64,000 nucleotides of DNA from Hyphomicrobiales bacterium. GTDB lineage: Bacteria > Pseudomonadota > Alphaproteobacteria > Rhizobiales > JAJFHC01. Within the stretch, counting starts at the first letter, position 1, and every line of letters begins with the position of its first letter. Shown in pieces: positions 28,595 through 38,272 of the stretch. The notes under the pieces are model-generated. The model saw only the letters and a list, made by a program, of their open reading frames with translations, made no database searches and had not been told where the DNA came from. A program made the translations under genes and the position numbers. The stretch is taken from positions 5,089,929-5,153,928 of the forward strand of contig OZ245783.1 in the NCBI GenBank assembly GCA_965227875.1, written 5' to 3'.

Positions 28595-30391
28595 TTGAAT
28601 CGCGGCGTGGCAAATCTCGATCTCGGACTGATAGGAAACTGCACCTATGGTGCATTGGTGGACAGACAGGCCAGGATCGTATGGTGTTGCCTGCCTCGTT
28701 TCGACGGAGATCCGGTGTTCGCCGCTTTGCTGGACGGCGCGAACGGCGACAGCGACAAGAGCTTCTTCGACTTCGAGCTCGACGGCCTGACCGAAACCGA
28801 GCAGTCCTATGAACCCAACTCGGCGATACTGCGGACGGTCCTGCACTCGCCCGGCGGTTCCGTCGAGGTCATCGACTTCGCCCCGAGATTTCACTGGCGA
28901 GACCGGGTCTTCCGCCCGCAGACGATCGTCCGGCGGATCCGCCCGCTCTCCGGGACACCCCGGATAAGCGTGCGACTTCGCCCCACCTTTCACTACGGCG
29001 CGGCCGAACCGCAGATATCACGGGGCTCCAACCACATCCGGTATCGCGGTCCCGATTTCGCCTTGAGGCTGACCACCAACGCGCCCGTCGACTACCTGCT
29101 CAACGAAACGGCCTTCAATCTCGACGAGGAACTGGATTTCATCTTCGGTCCGGACGAGACCCTGACGGAAGGTGTGGTCGAGACGGCCCGGCGCTTCCAC
29201 GAAAGCACGTTGGCCTACTGGCGCCGCTGGTCGCAACGCCTGGCGCTTCCGCTCGAATGGCAGGATGCGGTCATCCGCGCGTCGATCACGCTCAAGCTGT
29301 GCACCTATGAACCGACCGGCGCCATCGTGGCCGCGGTCACCACCAGCATACCGGAGGCCCCGGACAGCGGACGCAACTGGGACTACCGGTACTGCTGGCT
29401 CCGCGACGCCTTCTTCGTGGTCCGCGCCCTCAACAGCGTCGGCGCCGTTCAGACGATGGAGAACTACGTCCGCTGGCTGATGAACGTCGTCGCCGAGGCC
29501 GATGGCGGACACCTCCAGCCCGTGTTCGGTGTGGGGCTGGAGCAGAACATCGTCGAGAGGACGGTGGACAGCCTCTCCGGCTATGGCGGCATGGGTCCGG
29601 TCCGGGTCGGCAACCAAGCGCACGAACACCTGCAGCATGACGTGTACGGAAATGTCATTCTCGGCGCGGTCCAGACCTTCTTCGACACCCGGATCCAGCA
29701 CCGTGCCGGCGTCGAGGACTTCCGCCGGCTCGAGGCCATCGGCGAACGGGCCTACAAGCTGCACGACCAGCCCGACGCAGGCATGTGGGAGCTGCGCTAT
29801 CGCGCCGGGGTCCACACCTCGTCGAGCCTCATGTGCTGGGCGGCCTGCGACCGTCTCGCGAAGATCGCCGCGCATCTTGGCGAAACGGAACGCGCGGCCT
29901 CCTGGAACAGCCGGGCCGCCGACATCCGCAATTTCATCGTCGAGAACTGCTGGTCGGACGACCGCTCCGCTTTTGTCGACCGCGCGAATGGAACCCATCT
30001 CGACGCGAGCGTGTTGTTGATGGTGGAAGTGGGGTTCATCCCGCCGGACGATCCGAAATTCATACAGACGGTCGATGCCTTGGAAAAGACGCTTGCCAAC
30101 GGCGTGCACATGAAACGCTACGAAGCCGCGGACGATTTCGGCGTCCCAGAGGTCGCCTTCACCGTCTGCGCCTTCTGGCGCCTCGATGCCCTGGCGCGGA
30201 TCGGGCGGCGGGAAGAGGCGCGCGAACTCTTCGAATCCCTGCTTTCCTGTCGCAATCACCTCGGACTTCTCTCCGAAGACACCGATCCCTCGACCGGGAT
30301 CATGTGGGGCAATTTCCCGCAGACCTACTCCATGGTCGGCGTCATCAACGGGGCCACGCGGCTCTCGCGGCCCTGGGAGTCCGTCGTATGA
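28595..30391 (+). CDS. Glycoside hydrolase family 15 (glucoamylase/trehalase-like)
   Basis: Sequence NLDLGLIGNCTYGALVD...WDYRYCWLRDA is typical of GH15. The track start is TTG 28595, and in-frame GTG 28607 is an alternative. An ATGA overlap joins it to otsA. Confidence 0.85.
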   Translation: MNRGVANLDLGLIGNCTYGALVDRQARIVWCCLPRFDGDPVFAALLDGANGDSDKSFFDFELDGLTETEQSYEPNSAILRTVLHSPGGSVEVIDFAPRFHWRDRVFRPQTIVRRIRPLSGTPRISVRLRPTFHYGAAEPQISRGSNHIRYRGPDFALRLTTNAPVDYLLNETAFNLDEELDFIFGPDETLTEGVVETARRFHESTLAYWRRWSQRLALPLEWQDAVIRASITLKLCTYEPTGAIVAAVTTSIPEAPDSGRNWDYRYCWLRDAFFVVRALNSVGAVQTMENYVRWLMNVVAEADGGHLQPVFGVGLEQNIVERTVDSLSGYGGMGPVRVGNQAHEHLQHDVYGNVILGAVQTFFDTRIQHRAGVEDFRRLEAIGERAYKLHDQPDAGMWELRYRAGVHTSSSLMCWAACDRLAKIAAHLGETERAASWNSRAADIRNFIVENCWSDDRSAFVDRANGTHLDASVLLMVEVGFIPPDDPKFIQTVDALEKTLANGVHMKRYEAADDFGVPEVAFTVCAFWRLDALARIGRREEARELFESLLSCRNHLGLLSEDTDPSTGIMWGNFPQTYSMVGVINGATRLSRPWESVV

Positions 30392-31779
30392 GCCGCCTCG
30401 TCGCCGTTTCCAACCGGGTCGCGGACCTCTCGGACACCGCCCAGGCCGGCGGCCTCGCGGTTGCCATGGGCGACGCGCTGAAGGACCGCAAGGGCCTGTG
30501 GTTCGGCTGGAACGGCGACACCGTGCGCTCAGGCACGAAAGTGCCTCCCGATATCGAGAAGGTCGAGGGCGTCACCACCGTGACGCTGCCGATGACCCGC
30601 AAGGACTACAACGAGTTCTACGCCGGTTTTTCCAACCGCGTCCTCTGGCCTCTCCTGCATTACCGGCTCGATCTCGTGGAGTTCCAGACGAACTTCCTGC
30701 AGGGCTACAAGCGCGTCAATTCAAAGTTCGCCGCGGCCCTCCAGCCGCACCTGAAGACCGACGACACGATCTGGGTTCACGACTACCACCTCTTCCCCCT
30801 CGGCGCCCAGTTGCGCGGCAAGGGACATCGCCAGAAGATCGGCTTTTTCCTGCACATCCCCTTTCCTCCCCCGGAGATACTCTTCGCCGCCCCCCAGGAC
30901 CAATGGCTGATCAGGTCGCTCATGGCCTACGACCTGATCGGCTTCCAGAGCCATGTCGACCTCAACAACTTCTTCCGCTGCGTGGAAGAATACGGCGGCA
31001 CGGTGAGCGAAGACGGCACGATCGAGGCGTTCGGGATGCGCACACGGGCGGGATGTTTCCCGATCGGGATAGACGTCGACAGCTTTGCCGAGATGGCCAG
31101 GGACGAAAGGAACCTCCAGCAGATCAGGCTCCAGATCATCCGGCAGCGCACCCTCAAGCGGCGCACGATCATCGGCGTCGACCGGCTCGACTACACGAAG
31201 GGCCTGCCCGAACGCATGAGGGCGTTCGAACGGCTTCTGCAGATGCATCCCGAGCATCGCAAGGCGGTCACGCTCATGCAGATCGCCCCGCCGACCCGTT
31301 CCGATGTCGAGGCCTATGCGGAGATCCGCCATGAACTCGAGACCCTCTCGGGCGCGGTCAACGGCGAATTCGCCGATTTCGACTGGGTCCCCCTGCGCTA
31401 TATCCACCGGTCCATTCCGCGCCCGACACTGGCCGCGCTTTTCAGGCACAGCGAGGTCGGGTTCGTGACCCCTTTGCGCGACGGGATGAACCTCGTGGCG
31501 AAGGAATACGTGGCCGCGCAGGACGAGAGCAACCCGGGCGTCCTCATCCTGTCCAAATTCGCCGGCGCCGCCGAAACCATGCAGGACGCGCTCATCGTCA
31601 ACCCTTACGACCTCGACGAAATGGGCAATGCGCTTGACCGGGCGCTCACCATGCCGCTGCGCCAGCGCAAGGCGCTGCACCGCAAGTTACTGGCGTCGGT
31701 CCGCGAGAACGACGTTCGGACCTGGCGAACCGCCTTCCTGTCCGCACTCGCGGACACTCCGGCCAGGACCGGAAAATGA
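30388..31779 (+). CDS. otsA: Alpha,alpha-trehalose-phosphate synthase
   Basis: Sequence MSRLVAVSNRVADLS...GGLAVAM...LWFGWNG... is typical of GT20. The portion of the track ORF upstream of 30388 overlaps GH15 out of frame. Confidence 0.9.
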   Translation: MSRLVAVSNRVADLSDTAQAGGLAVAMGDALKDRKGLWFGWNGDTVRSGTKVPPDIEKVEGVTTVTLPMTRKDYNEFYAGFSNRVLWPLLHYRLDLVEFQTNFLQGYKRVNSKFAAALQPHLKTDDTIWVHDYHLFPLGAQLRGKGHRQKIGFFLHIPFPPPEILFAAPQDQWLIRSLMAYDLIGFQSHVDLNNFFRCVEEYGGTVSEDGTIEAFGMRTRAGCFPIGIDVDSFAEMARDERNLQQIRLQIIRQRTLKRRTIIGVDRLDYTKGLPERMRAFERLLQMHPEHRKAVTLMQIAPPTRSDVEAYAEIRHELETLSGAVNGEFADFDWVPLRYIHRSIPRPTLAALFRHSEVGFVTPLRDGMNLVAKEYVAAQDESNPGVLILSKFAGAAETMQDALIVNPYDLDEMGNALDRALTMPLRQRKALHRKLLASVRENDVRTWRTAFLSALADTPARTGK

Positions 31780-32738
31780 CCGCGCCCTGGGCGCTCGTCG
31801 CCGACATCGGCGGAACGAACGTCCGCTTCGCACGGACCGACACGGACGGGCGGCTTTTTGCGAAACGGCAATACATGGTCAACGGTGCCAGCACGTTCAT
31901 GGATGCCCTCGATTCCTATCTCGAACAGTCCGGCCCGGATGCAGGCTGCGCCGGGGCGGCCCTTGCGGGCGCAGGCCCGGTGTCCGACCAGCGCATCAAC
32001 CTGACCAATAACGCCTGGATCGTCGAGGCATCCCCTGTCTCCGCCCGGTTGGCGGGCGTGCCCGTCCGGCTGTTCAACGATCTTCAGGCGGCTGCCCTAT
32101 CCCTGCCCTGTCTGTCCGCGACGGACCTGGACCACGTGCGCGGGCCGGGGCAAACGCAGGCCGGGCACGCCACAAGGCTCGCGGTGAACGTCGGCACCGG
32201 GTTCGGCGCCTCTGCTCTGGTTCACGATGGCGCGTCCTGGATCAGCGTCCCCGGCGAAGCCGGCCACATGTCGCTGGCGGCGACGGACCGCGAGGAACTC
32301 GCCCTCCTCGAGGTGAACCCGGCCACCTTCCGGAACGTGGAGGACGTCCTGTCCGGGCGCGGCCTCGAGGCGCTCTACGCGCACATCCGCCGGACAGGGA
32401 CCGACCGGTGCGGCCCCGACACACTTTCGGCTGCAGACATTTTCACGCATCGGGCCACGGACGTGGCTGCCGGGCGTAGCGCGGAGATGTTCGAACGGCT
32501 TCTGGCGAGAACATGCGGTGACCTCGTCCTCGCAACTGGCGCCTGGAGTGGCGTATTCCTGTTCGGCAGTGTCCTGAGAGGCTGGCGGGCCAGCGCATCG
32601 CGGACGTCCGTTTTCGAGACGGCTTTCCTCTCGAAGGGCGAGATGTCCGATCGCATGGAGCAGGTTCCCGTGCACGTGGTGATCAATGACGACGCGCCGC
32701 TGATCGGCCTCGCCCGCAACGCACCGTTCGATGTCTAA
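31776..32738 (+). CDS. glk: Glucokinase
   Basis: Sequence LVADIGGTNVRFA with a ROK-less Glk-type body. An ATGA overlap joins it to otsA. Confidence 0.85.
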   Translation: MTAPWALVADIGGTNVRFARTDTDGRLFAKRQYMVNGASTFMDALDSYLEQSGPDAGCAGAALAGAGPVSDQRINLTNNAWIVEASPVSARLAGVPVRLFNDLQAAALSLPCLSATDLDHVRGPGQTQAGHATRLAVNVGTGFGASALVHDGASWISVPGEAGHMSLAATDREELALLEVNPATFRNVEDVLSGRGLEALYAHIRRTGTDRCGPDTLSAADIFTHRATDVAAGRSAEMFERLLARTCGDLVLATGAWSGVFLFGSVLRGWRASASRTSVFETAFLSKGEMSDRMEQVPVHVVINDDAPLIGLARNAPFDV

Positions 32739-32761
32739 GGCGCCGGTTCCGGGCGCATGCA

Positions 32762-33415
32762 TCATGGCAGTGGCTGATCGGCGTCAGGCTGGGCCGCCGG
32801 TGCAGCCTTCGCAAAGGCGTCGAGTTGCATGCAGGCGTCGTAGATCCGGGAGACCGTCGGATAGGCCGTCATGTCGACATCGAACCTCATCCCGCTCACC
32901 ACCTGGGACACGAGGCATATGTCGGCAAGCGTGGGCCGCTGGCCATGGCAGAAGCGGCCGGTCTCCGGTTCTTGGGCAAGCCGCGTTTCCAGCGCAGCGA
33001 AAGTCTCCGCGGTCCAGTGGCGAAACCAGTAGGCCACGGTTTCCTCGCTGTGATGAAGTTCACCGCCGATGAACTCGAGCACTCGCAGGTTGACGACCGG
33101 ATGGATGTCGAGCGCCACGGTCTGGGCCAGCGAACGGACACGTGACCGCGCGAACGGATCGAGCGGCAGGAGCGGCGGATCCGGATAGACCTCGTCCAGG
33201 TAGTCGATGATCGCGAGCGACTGGCTGATCAGCCGCCCGTCATCCAGTTCCAGGGTCGGCACCAGCCCCTGCGGATTGAGCCCGAGATAGTCATCCCCCC
33301 GATGCTCCGCCTTGCGCAGGTGACAGGCGACGTACTCGAACTCGAGCTTCTTGAGATTCAGCGCGATCCGGACCCGGAAGGACGTGGAACTCCGCCAGTA
33401 ATTGTGCAGCCTCAT
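32762..33415 (-). CDS. maiA: Maleylacetoacetate isomerase (GST zeta)
   Basis: Sequence MRLHNYWRSSTSFRVRIALNLK...LNPQGLVPTL. ATG at 33415. Confidence 0.85.
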   Translation of the reverse strand: MRLHNYWRSSTSFRVRIALNLKKLEFEYVACHLRKAEHRGDDYLGLNPQGLVPTLELDDGRLISQSLAIIDYLDEVYPDPPLLPLDPFARSRVRSLAQTVALDIHPVVNLRVLEFIGGELHHSEETVAYWFRHWTAETFAALETRLAQEPETGRFCHGQRPTLADICLVSQVVSGMRFDVDMTAYPTVSRIYDACMQLDAFAKAAPAAQPDADQPLP

Positions 33416-33455
33416 CTTGGCCCCGTTCCGTTCCCGCCGGTCCGGAGCCGGGCGT

Positions 33456-34613
33456 TCAGAGGGTCCCGTCGACGGCCTGGCGCATGATGCCTGCATAGGT
33501 TTCGGCGGAGAACTGGATCGGGTTGCCGCCGGCCGAGGGATCCCTCGTCGCCGCTTCGCCGATCTCGTCTGCCCGCGCCGAATCGATGCCGATTTCAGCG
33601 AGTGTATGCGGCATTTCGATGGTTTTTCTGAGATCGAGAATCCAGTTCATCACCCCGTCGAAACCGTCGGCGATGTCGAGATATCGTGCAAGGCGCTCGA
33701 TCCGGTCCTCGACGGCCGAGCGGTTGGCCTTGAGCACATAGGGCATGAGAACCGCGTTCAGCGTGCCGTGATGCGCGTCGTAGATCCCGCCAAGCGGATG
33801 CGACAATGCATGGATCGCACCGAGACCGCGCTGGAAGGCCGTGGCCCCCATGGATGACGCCACAAGCATTTCCGATCGCGCGTCCATGTCCTGGCCGTTG
33901 GCCACCGCCACGGGCAGCGCGGCCATGATCATCCGCATGCCTTCGACCGCGATGCCCGCGGCCATGGGGTGATAGCCCGGTGCGCAATAGGCCTCGAGGT
34001 TGTGCGCCAGGGCATCCATGCCCGTCGCAGCGGTAAGCCGTGCCGGAAGTCCGACGGTCAGCGCCGGATCGGCGATGACAACGGAAGGCATCATCCGGGG
34101 ATGAAAGATGATCTTCTTTTCGTGGGTTTCCGCATTGGTGATGACCGATGCCCGTCCGACCTCCGACCCGGTGCCCGCCGTTGTCGGAACGGCGATGATG
34201 GGCGCTATCGCGTCCGCGTTCGCACGGGTCCAGTTGTCGCCGACATCCTCCAGGTCCCAGATCGGGATCGACTGCCCGACCATCAGCGCGACGGCCTTGG
34301 CGGCATCGAGCCCGCTTCCGCCACCAAAGGCGATCACGCCGTCGTGGTCACCGGCCTTGTAGGCCTCCACTCCGGCGGTCACGTTCTCGGCCACGGGGTT
34401 GGCTTTCACTTCGCTGAATACCCCGATGCCCAGACCGTCTTCCCGGCACTTGTCGAGGATCGAACCCAGCATGGGCAGGGCCGCGATCCCCGGATCTGTG
34501 ACCAGCAGCGGCCGGCGGATGCCAAGTTCCAGACAGACAGCGGAAAGCTCGGAAATCCGCCCCGTCCCGAACCGGACCGCGGTCGGGTAATTCCAGTTGG
34601 CAGTGACGCTCAT
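33456..34613 (-). CDS. Iron-containing (group III) alcohol dehydrogenase
   Basis: It has GGGSGLDAAKAV and His-rich metal motifs. ATG 34613 is preferred over the TTG at 34616. Confidence 0.9.
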   Translation of the reverse strand: MSVTANWNYPTAVRFGTGRISELSAVCLELGIRRPLLVTDPGIAALPMLGSILDKCREDGLGIGVFSEVKANPVAENVTAGVEAYKAGDHDGVIAFGGGSGLDAAKAVALMVGQSIPIWDLEDVGDNWTRANADAIAPIIAVPTTAGTGSEVGRASVITNAETHEKKIIFHPRMMPSVVIADPALTVGLPARLTAATGMDALAHNLEAYCAPGYHPMAAGIAVEGMRMIMAALPVAVANGQDMDARSEMLVASSMGATAFQRGLGAIHALSHPLGGIYDAHHGTLNAVLMPYVLKANRSAVEDRIERLARYLDIADGFDGVMNWILDLRKTIEMPHTLAEIGIDSARADEIGEAATRDPSAGGNPIQFSAETYAGIMRQAVDGTL

Positions 34614-34662
34614 CAAACAACTCTTTCTTTAAACCCGGTGACGTTTGTTTTTGCAGTCGCGG

Positions 34663-36030
34663 TCATATGATCTCGAAATAGCGCTGCATCTCCCAGTCCG
34701 TGATCGCCTTGCGGAACTCGCGCTCTTCCCATTCCCGGGTCGCGGCATAGTGCTCGACGAAGGCATCGCCGAACATCTCGCGTGCGGCCGCGGACTTCTT
34801 CAGCCGGCCGGCCGCCTCGAAGAGCGTGCGCGGCAACTGCCGCTTGGCCGGGAACTTGCGATCGTAGGCATTGCCGGCGATCGGGTCGTCGGGCTCGATC
34901 TTGTTCTCGATCCCCCACAGACCCGACCCGAGTGCAGCGGCGACCGCGATATAGGGATTGATGTCCGCCGCGGAGATCCGGTATTCGACGCGCTGCGACT
35001 TTTCCGAACCCGGGATCGCCCGCAAGGCACAGGTCCGGTTTTCGATGCCCCAGCTCGCTTCCGTCGGCGCCCAGAACCCCGGAATGAGGCGGGTGTAGGA
35101 GTTCACCGTACAGGCGACCATGGCCAGCAGTTCGGGCATGAGCGCCTGCTGACCGCCGATGAAGTGGCGCATCGTATCGCTGATGTTGTGCGGTTGTTTC
35201 TTGTCGTGGAAGACCGACTTGCCGTTCTTGCCGAGCAGCGAGAGGTGGATGTGGCCGCTCTGCCCGGGCCAGTCCGGAGACCACTTGGCCATGAAGGTCG
35301 CCATCCAGCCGTATCGCTGGGCCAGCACCTTGGTGAAGGTCTTGAACAGGGCCGCCTTGTCCGCGGCGGCAAGAGCGTCGTCGACACCGATCGCGGCTTC
35401 GAGGACGCCGGGCCCGGTTTCGGTATGAAGCCCCTCGATGGGGAAATCCATGTCCCGGGCAAGGTCGAGAAGCTCGTGATAGAACTCGGCGTGAACCGTG
35501 CTCCTCAGCATCGAGTAGCCGAAGAAGCCGGGCGTGATGTTCGTCAGGTCGCGGTAGTTCTTTTCCTGCGCGGAGTGCGGCGTCTCCTCGAAGAGGAAGA
35601 ACTCGAACTCGCAGGCCGCCTTGGCGCTGAGCCCCATGCCCTCCGCCTTGTCGATCACGCGTCGCAACAGTCCGCGGGGGCAGACGGCTTCGGCCTCTTC
35701 GGCGAACTCGCCGAGAAAGAGCAGCATGTCGCCCTCGAACGGCACGTCGCGGCAGGTCTCCGGAAGCAGGCGCACGGGTGCGTCGGGATATGCAGTGTGC
35801 CAGCCCGTGTACTGCACGTTGTCGTAGAGCTGGTCCTGCGAGTCCCAGCCCAGCACGACGTCGCAGAATCCGAAGCCGCTATCAAGCGCCGACAGGAACT
35901 TGTCGCGGCTGATATACTTGCCGCGCATGATGCCGTCGGCATCGAACACACCGACCTTCACGTATTCCAGACCGCGGTCCTTGACGATCTTGCGCGCGTC
36001 CTGCGCGTTCTTGACCTTTCGTGCAGACAT
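34663..36030 (-). CDS. Glutamine synthetase family protein (gamma-glutamyl-amine ligase candidate)
   Basis: ATG 36030 has GGGAG upstream. The catalytic domain is GS-type (GPGVLEAAI, NIWDLPGSGHIH-like region SGHIHLSL). Confidence 0.9.
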   Translation of the reverse strand: MSARKVKNAQDARKIVKDRGLEYVKVGVFDADGIMRGKYISRDKFLSALDSGFGFCDVVLGWDSQDQLYDNVQYTGWHTAYPDAPVRLLPETCRDVPFEGDMLLFLGEFAEEAEAVCPRGLLRRVIDKAEGMGLSAKAACEFEFFLFEETPHSAQEKNYRDLTNITPGFFGYSMLRSTVHAEFYHELLDLARDMDFPIEGLHTETGPGVLEAAIGVDDALAAADKAALFKTFTKVLAQRYGWMATFMAKWSPDWPGQSGHIHLSLLGKNGKSVFHDKKQPHNISDTMRHFIGGQQALMPELLAMVACTVNSYTRLIPGFWAPTEASWGIENRTCALRAIPGSEKSQRVEYRISAADINPYIAVAAALGSGLWGIENKIEPDDPIAGNAYDRKFPAKRQLPRTLFEAAGRLKKSAAAREMFGDAFVEHYAATREWEEREFRKAITDWEMQRYFEII

Positions 36031-36204
36031 GATGACTCCCGGTTTGCCCGTTTGAGATTTTTCCCGCACGCACGGAATACGACAATCGCTGCCAATTGCG
36101 CCACTCGAAAATGCCTTGGGGTTCCAGTTTGCAACACCGGCGCAAGCGACTGGTGCACGCGCCCCATTCGGTTATAGTGCCGGTCCATCAGCGGGGAAGC
36201 GTCC

Positions 36205-36972
36205 ATGCCGGAAAAGAAGATCGCCTTTGTCGCAAGCGACGCGACGGAAGCCCTGGAGGCGCGCGATGCGCTCGTCGCGCGTTACGGCGACACGCCGTTC
36301 GAGGAAGCCGACGTCATCGTCGCGCTTGGTGGCGACGGGCTCATGCTTCAGGTCATCCACGACCATCTTTCGTCGGGCCTTGCCATCTACGGCATGAACC
36401 GCGGCTCGGTCGGCTTCATGATGAACGAGTATTCCGAGGACGGCCTTCCGGAGCGACTCGACAAGGCCGAGGTCGCGAAGGTGTATCCCCTGCGCATGAC
36501 GGCCACGGACCGGGACGGGCACGTGGACACCGCGCTCGCCTTCAACGAGGTTTCGCTTTTCCGCAAGAGCTATCAGGCGGCCAAGCTCCGGATATCCATC
36601 GACGACAAGGTCAGGATGGAAGAACTCATCTGCGACGGCGTACTGGTTTCGACGCCGGCCGGCAGCACCGCCTACAACCTATCGGCCCACGGCCCCATCC
36701 TGCCGATCGACGCCCCCCTGCTCGCCCTGACGCCCATCAGCGCCTTCCGCCCGCGCAGATGGCGCGGTGCCCTTCTGCCCCGCCATGCCAGCGTGCGCAT
36801 CGAGGTGCTCGAGGCGGCGAAGCGGCCGGTCAATACCGTGGCCGACCATACCCAGTTCGATGACAGCGCCGTCGTCCTCATCGAGGCCGACGAAACACTG
36901 AGCGTCGACATGCTGTTCGACGAGGGCCACAGCCTCGAGGAACGCGTCATCAACGAGCAATTCAAGTACTGA
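36205..36972 (+). CDS. nadK: NAD kinase
   Basis: It has the GGDG motif ([13 protein letters not shown]) and [16 protein letters not shown]. Confidence 0.9.
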   Translation: MPEKKIAFVASDATEALEARDALVARYGDTPFEEADVIVALGGDGLMLQVIHDHLSSGLAIYGMNRGSVGFMMNEYSEDGLPERLDKAEVAKVYPLRMTATDRDGHVDTALAFNEVSLFRKSYQAAKLRISIDDKVRMEELICDGVLVSTPAGSTAYNLSAHGPILPIDAPLLALTPISAFRPRRWRGALLPRHASVRIEVLEAAKRPVNTVADHTQFDDSAVVLIEADETLSVDMLFDEGHSLEERVINEQFKY

Positions 36973-37097
36973 CCTTCGTCACGGCGGATTTCCGGTCGCC
37001 TTTCAGAGATTCTTAATCGCGGATTGTTAGGCTGCTCGCCGTTTAGTTGTGTATTGGACGGCGGCGGAGTTGCGTAGTGTCGCCGGTCACGGAGTAC

Positions 37098-37125
37098 GTG
37101 TGCCGGTGCCCGCGCACCGGCACAC
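37098..37125 (+). promoter_or_regulatory. Perfect 12-bp-stem hairpin/palindrome GTGTGCCGGTGC-ccgc-GCACCGGCACAC
   Basis: It ends 12 nt upstream of the response-regulator ATG (37138) and has no T-run after it. Confidence 0.3.
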
Positions 37126-37137
37126 GATCACGATGAG

Positions 37138-37677
37138 ATGGCAAAGATTGACTTTGAACGCCTGAGTTTTGCGGTCGTCGACGACAACATCCACATGCGT
37201 CGACTGATCCGCACGCTCATCTATTCGTTCGGCTCGCGCGAGATCTACGAGGCCGAAGACGGCGCGTCCGGCCTCGAAGTGGTCGAGATGTACTCGCCCG
37301 ATATTCTCATCACGGACTGGGCAATGCCGATCTTCGACGGCATCGAGTTCGTGCAGATGATCCGCAACCCGGACGCCTGCAAGCATGCCTACATTCCGAT
37401 CATCATGCTGACGGGCCACGCGGACAAGCGCCGTATCCTCCAGGCGCGCGACAGCGGTATCACGGAGTTTCTTTGCAAGCCGGTCTCGGCCAATGCGCTC
37501 TACCAGCGCATTCAGAGCATCGTCCTGAACCCGAGGCCGTTCGTACGCACCAAGAGTTATTTCGGGCCGGAGATCCGTCAGCCGCTCGTCGGCAACGGTC
37601 CGTCCCGCGGTCAGGCCATGCAGGGGCAGGACGAAAGCGACGAAGCGTCAAACGCCACCTCGGTGGTCAAGGTATAA
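37138..37677 (+). CDS. Single-domain CheY-like response regulator with ~55-aa C-terminal extension
   Basis: A canonical receiver: VVDDN, ILITDWAMP, IIMLTG and LCKP. The extension is ...PRPFVRTKSYFGPEIRQPLV... Confidence 0.9.
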   Translation: MAKIDFERLSFAVVDDNIHMRRLIRTLIYSFGSREIYEAEDGASGLEVVEMYSPDILITDWAMPIFDGIEFVQMIRNPDACKHAYIPIIMLTGHADKRRILQARDSGITEFLCKPVSANALYQRIQSIVLNPRPFVRTKSYFGPEIRQPLVGNGPSRGQAMQGQDESDEASNATSVVKV

Positions 37678-38223
37678 GTGTCGGGACATCCGGACATGCA
37701 GGACGAACTGTACGACGACGAGACGATCGTCATTGCGGCGGACACCAGCCTGAAGGACAAGGCCAGGGCCCGCGGAAACGTCTCTACCGTGGATATGGAA
37801 GCCATCGCACGGGCCGAACGTGCGCTCCAGGATCTGGCCTGTGAGTTCGACGGCTGGCTGTCGGAGGAAGTCGACAAACTCGTCGAGGCCCGCGAGGCCG
37901 TACGGCGCGAAGGCCTCAGCGACGAGCGGATCGACACGCTCTACCGCGCCGCCCACGATCTCAAGGGCGAAGGCGAGACGCTCGGGTATCCGCTGGTGAC
38001 GAAACTCTGCGCCCTGCTCTGCAAGCTCCTCGATGCCGTGCCCGACAAGTCGGAAATACCGATGTCGCTGGTCGACAACCATGTCGACGCCGTTCGGGTG
38101 GTCCAGAGGGATGGCATCAAGGGCGACGAGCACACGACCACGAACGCCGTCATCGAAAGGCTGTCCGAGGTCGTCGCAGACATCGAGGAACACTACGAGC
38201 GCATCGGCGGGATCGCAGCCTGA
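37678..38223 (+). CDS. Hpt (histidine phosphotransfer) domain protein
   Basis: The GTG start immediately follows the response-regulator stop. The HxxKG motif is RAAHDLKGEGETLGY. Confidence 0.8.
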   Translation: MSGHPDMQDELYDDETIVIAADTSLKDKARARGNVSTVDMEAIARAERALQDLACEFDGWLSEEVDKLVEAREAVRREGLSDERIDTLYRAAHDLKGEGETLGYPLVTKLCALLCKLLDAVPDKSEIPMSLVDNHVDAVRVVQRDGIKGDEHTTTNAVIERLSEVVADIEEHYERIGGIAA

Positions 38224-38272
38224 CGCGACGCCCCGCGGTGTCTTCGGACGACCGCCAGTGCAGCGACCGGTT

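Noticed and set aside
29785-30387. Long N-terminal extension of the otsA ORF (track ORF 29785..31779).
   Set aside because: It overlaps the GH15 gene out of frame. The OtsA family sequence starts at ATG 30388, which forms an ATGA junction with the GH15 stop.
36112-36130. TGG...TTGCA sigma-54-like string upstream of nadK.
   Set aside because: The -24 element is GGGGTT rather than TGGCAC when spaced correctly from the GC dinucleotide, so it looks like a chance resemblance.
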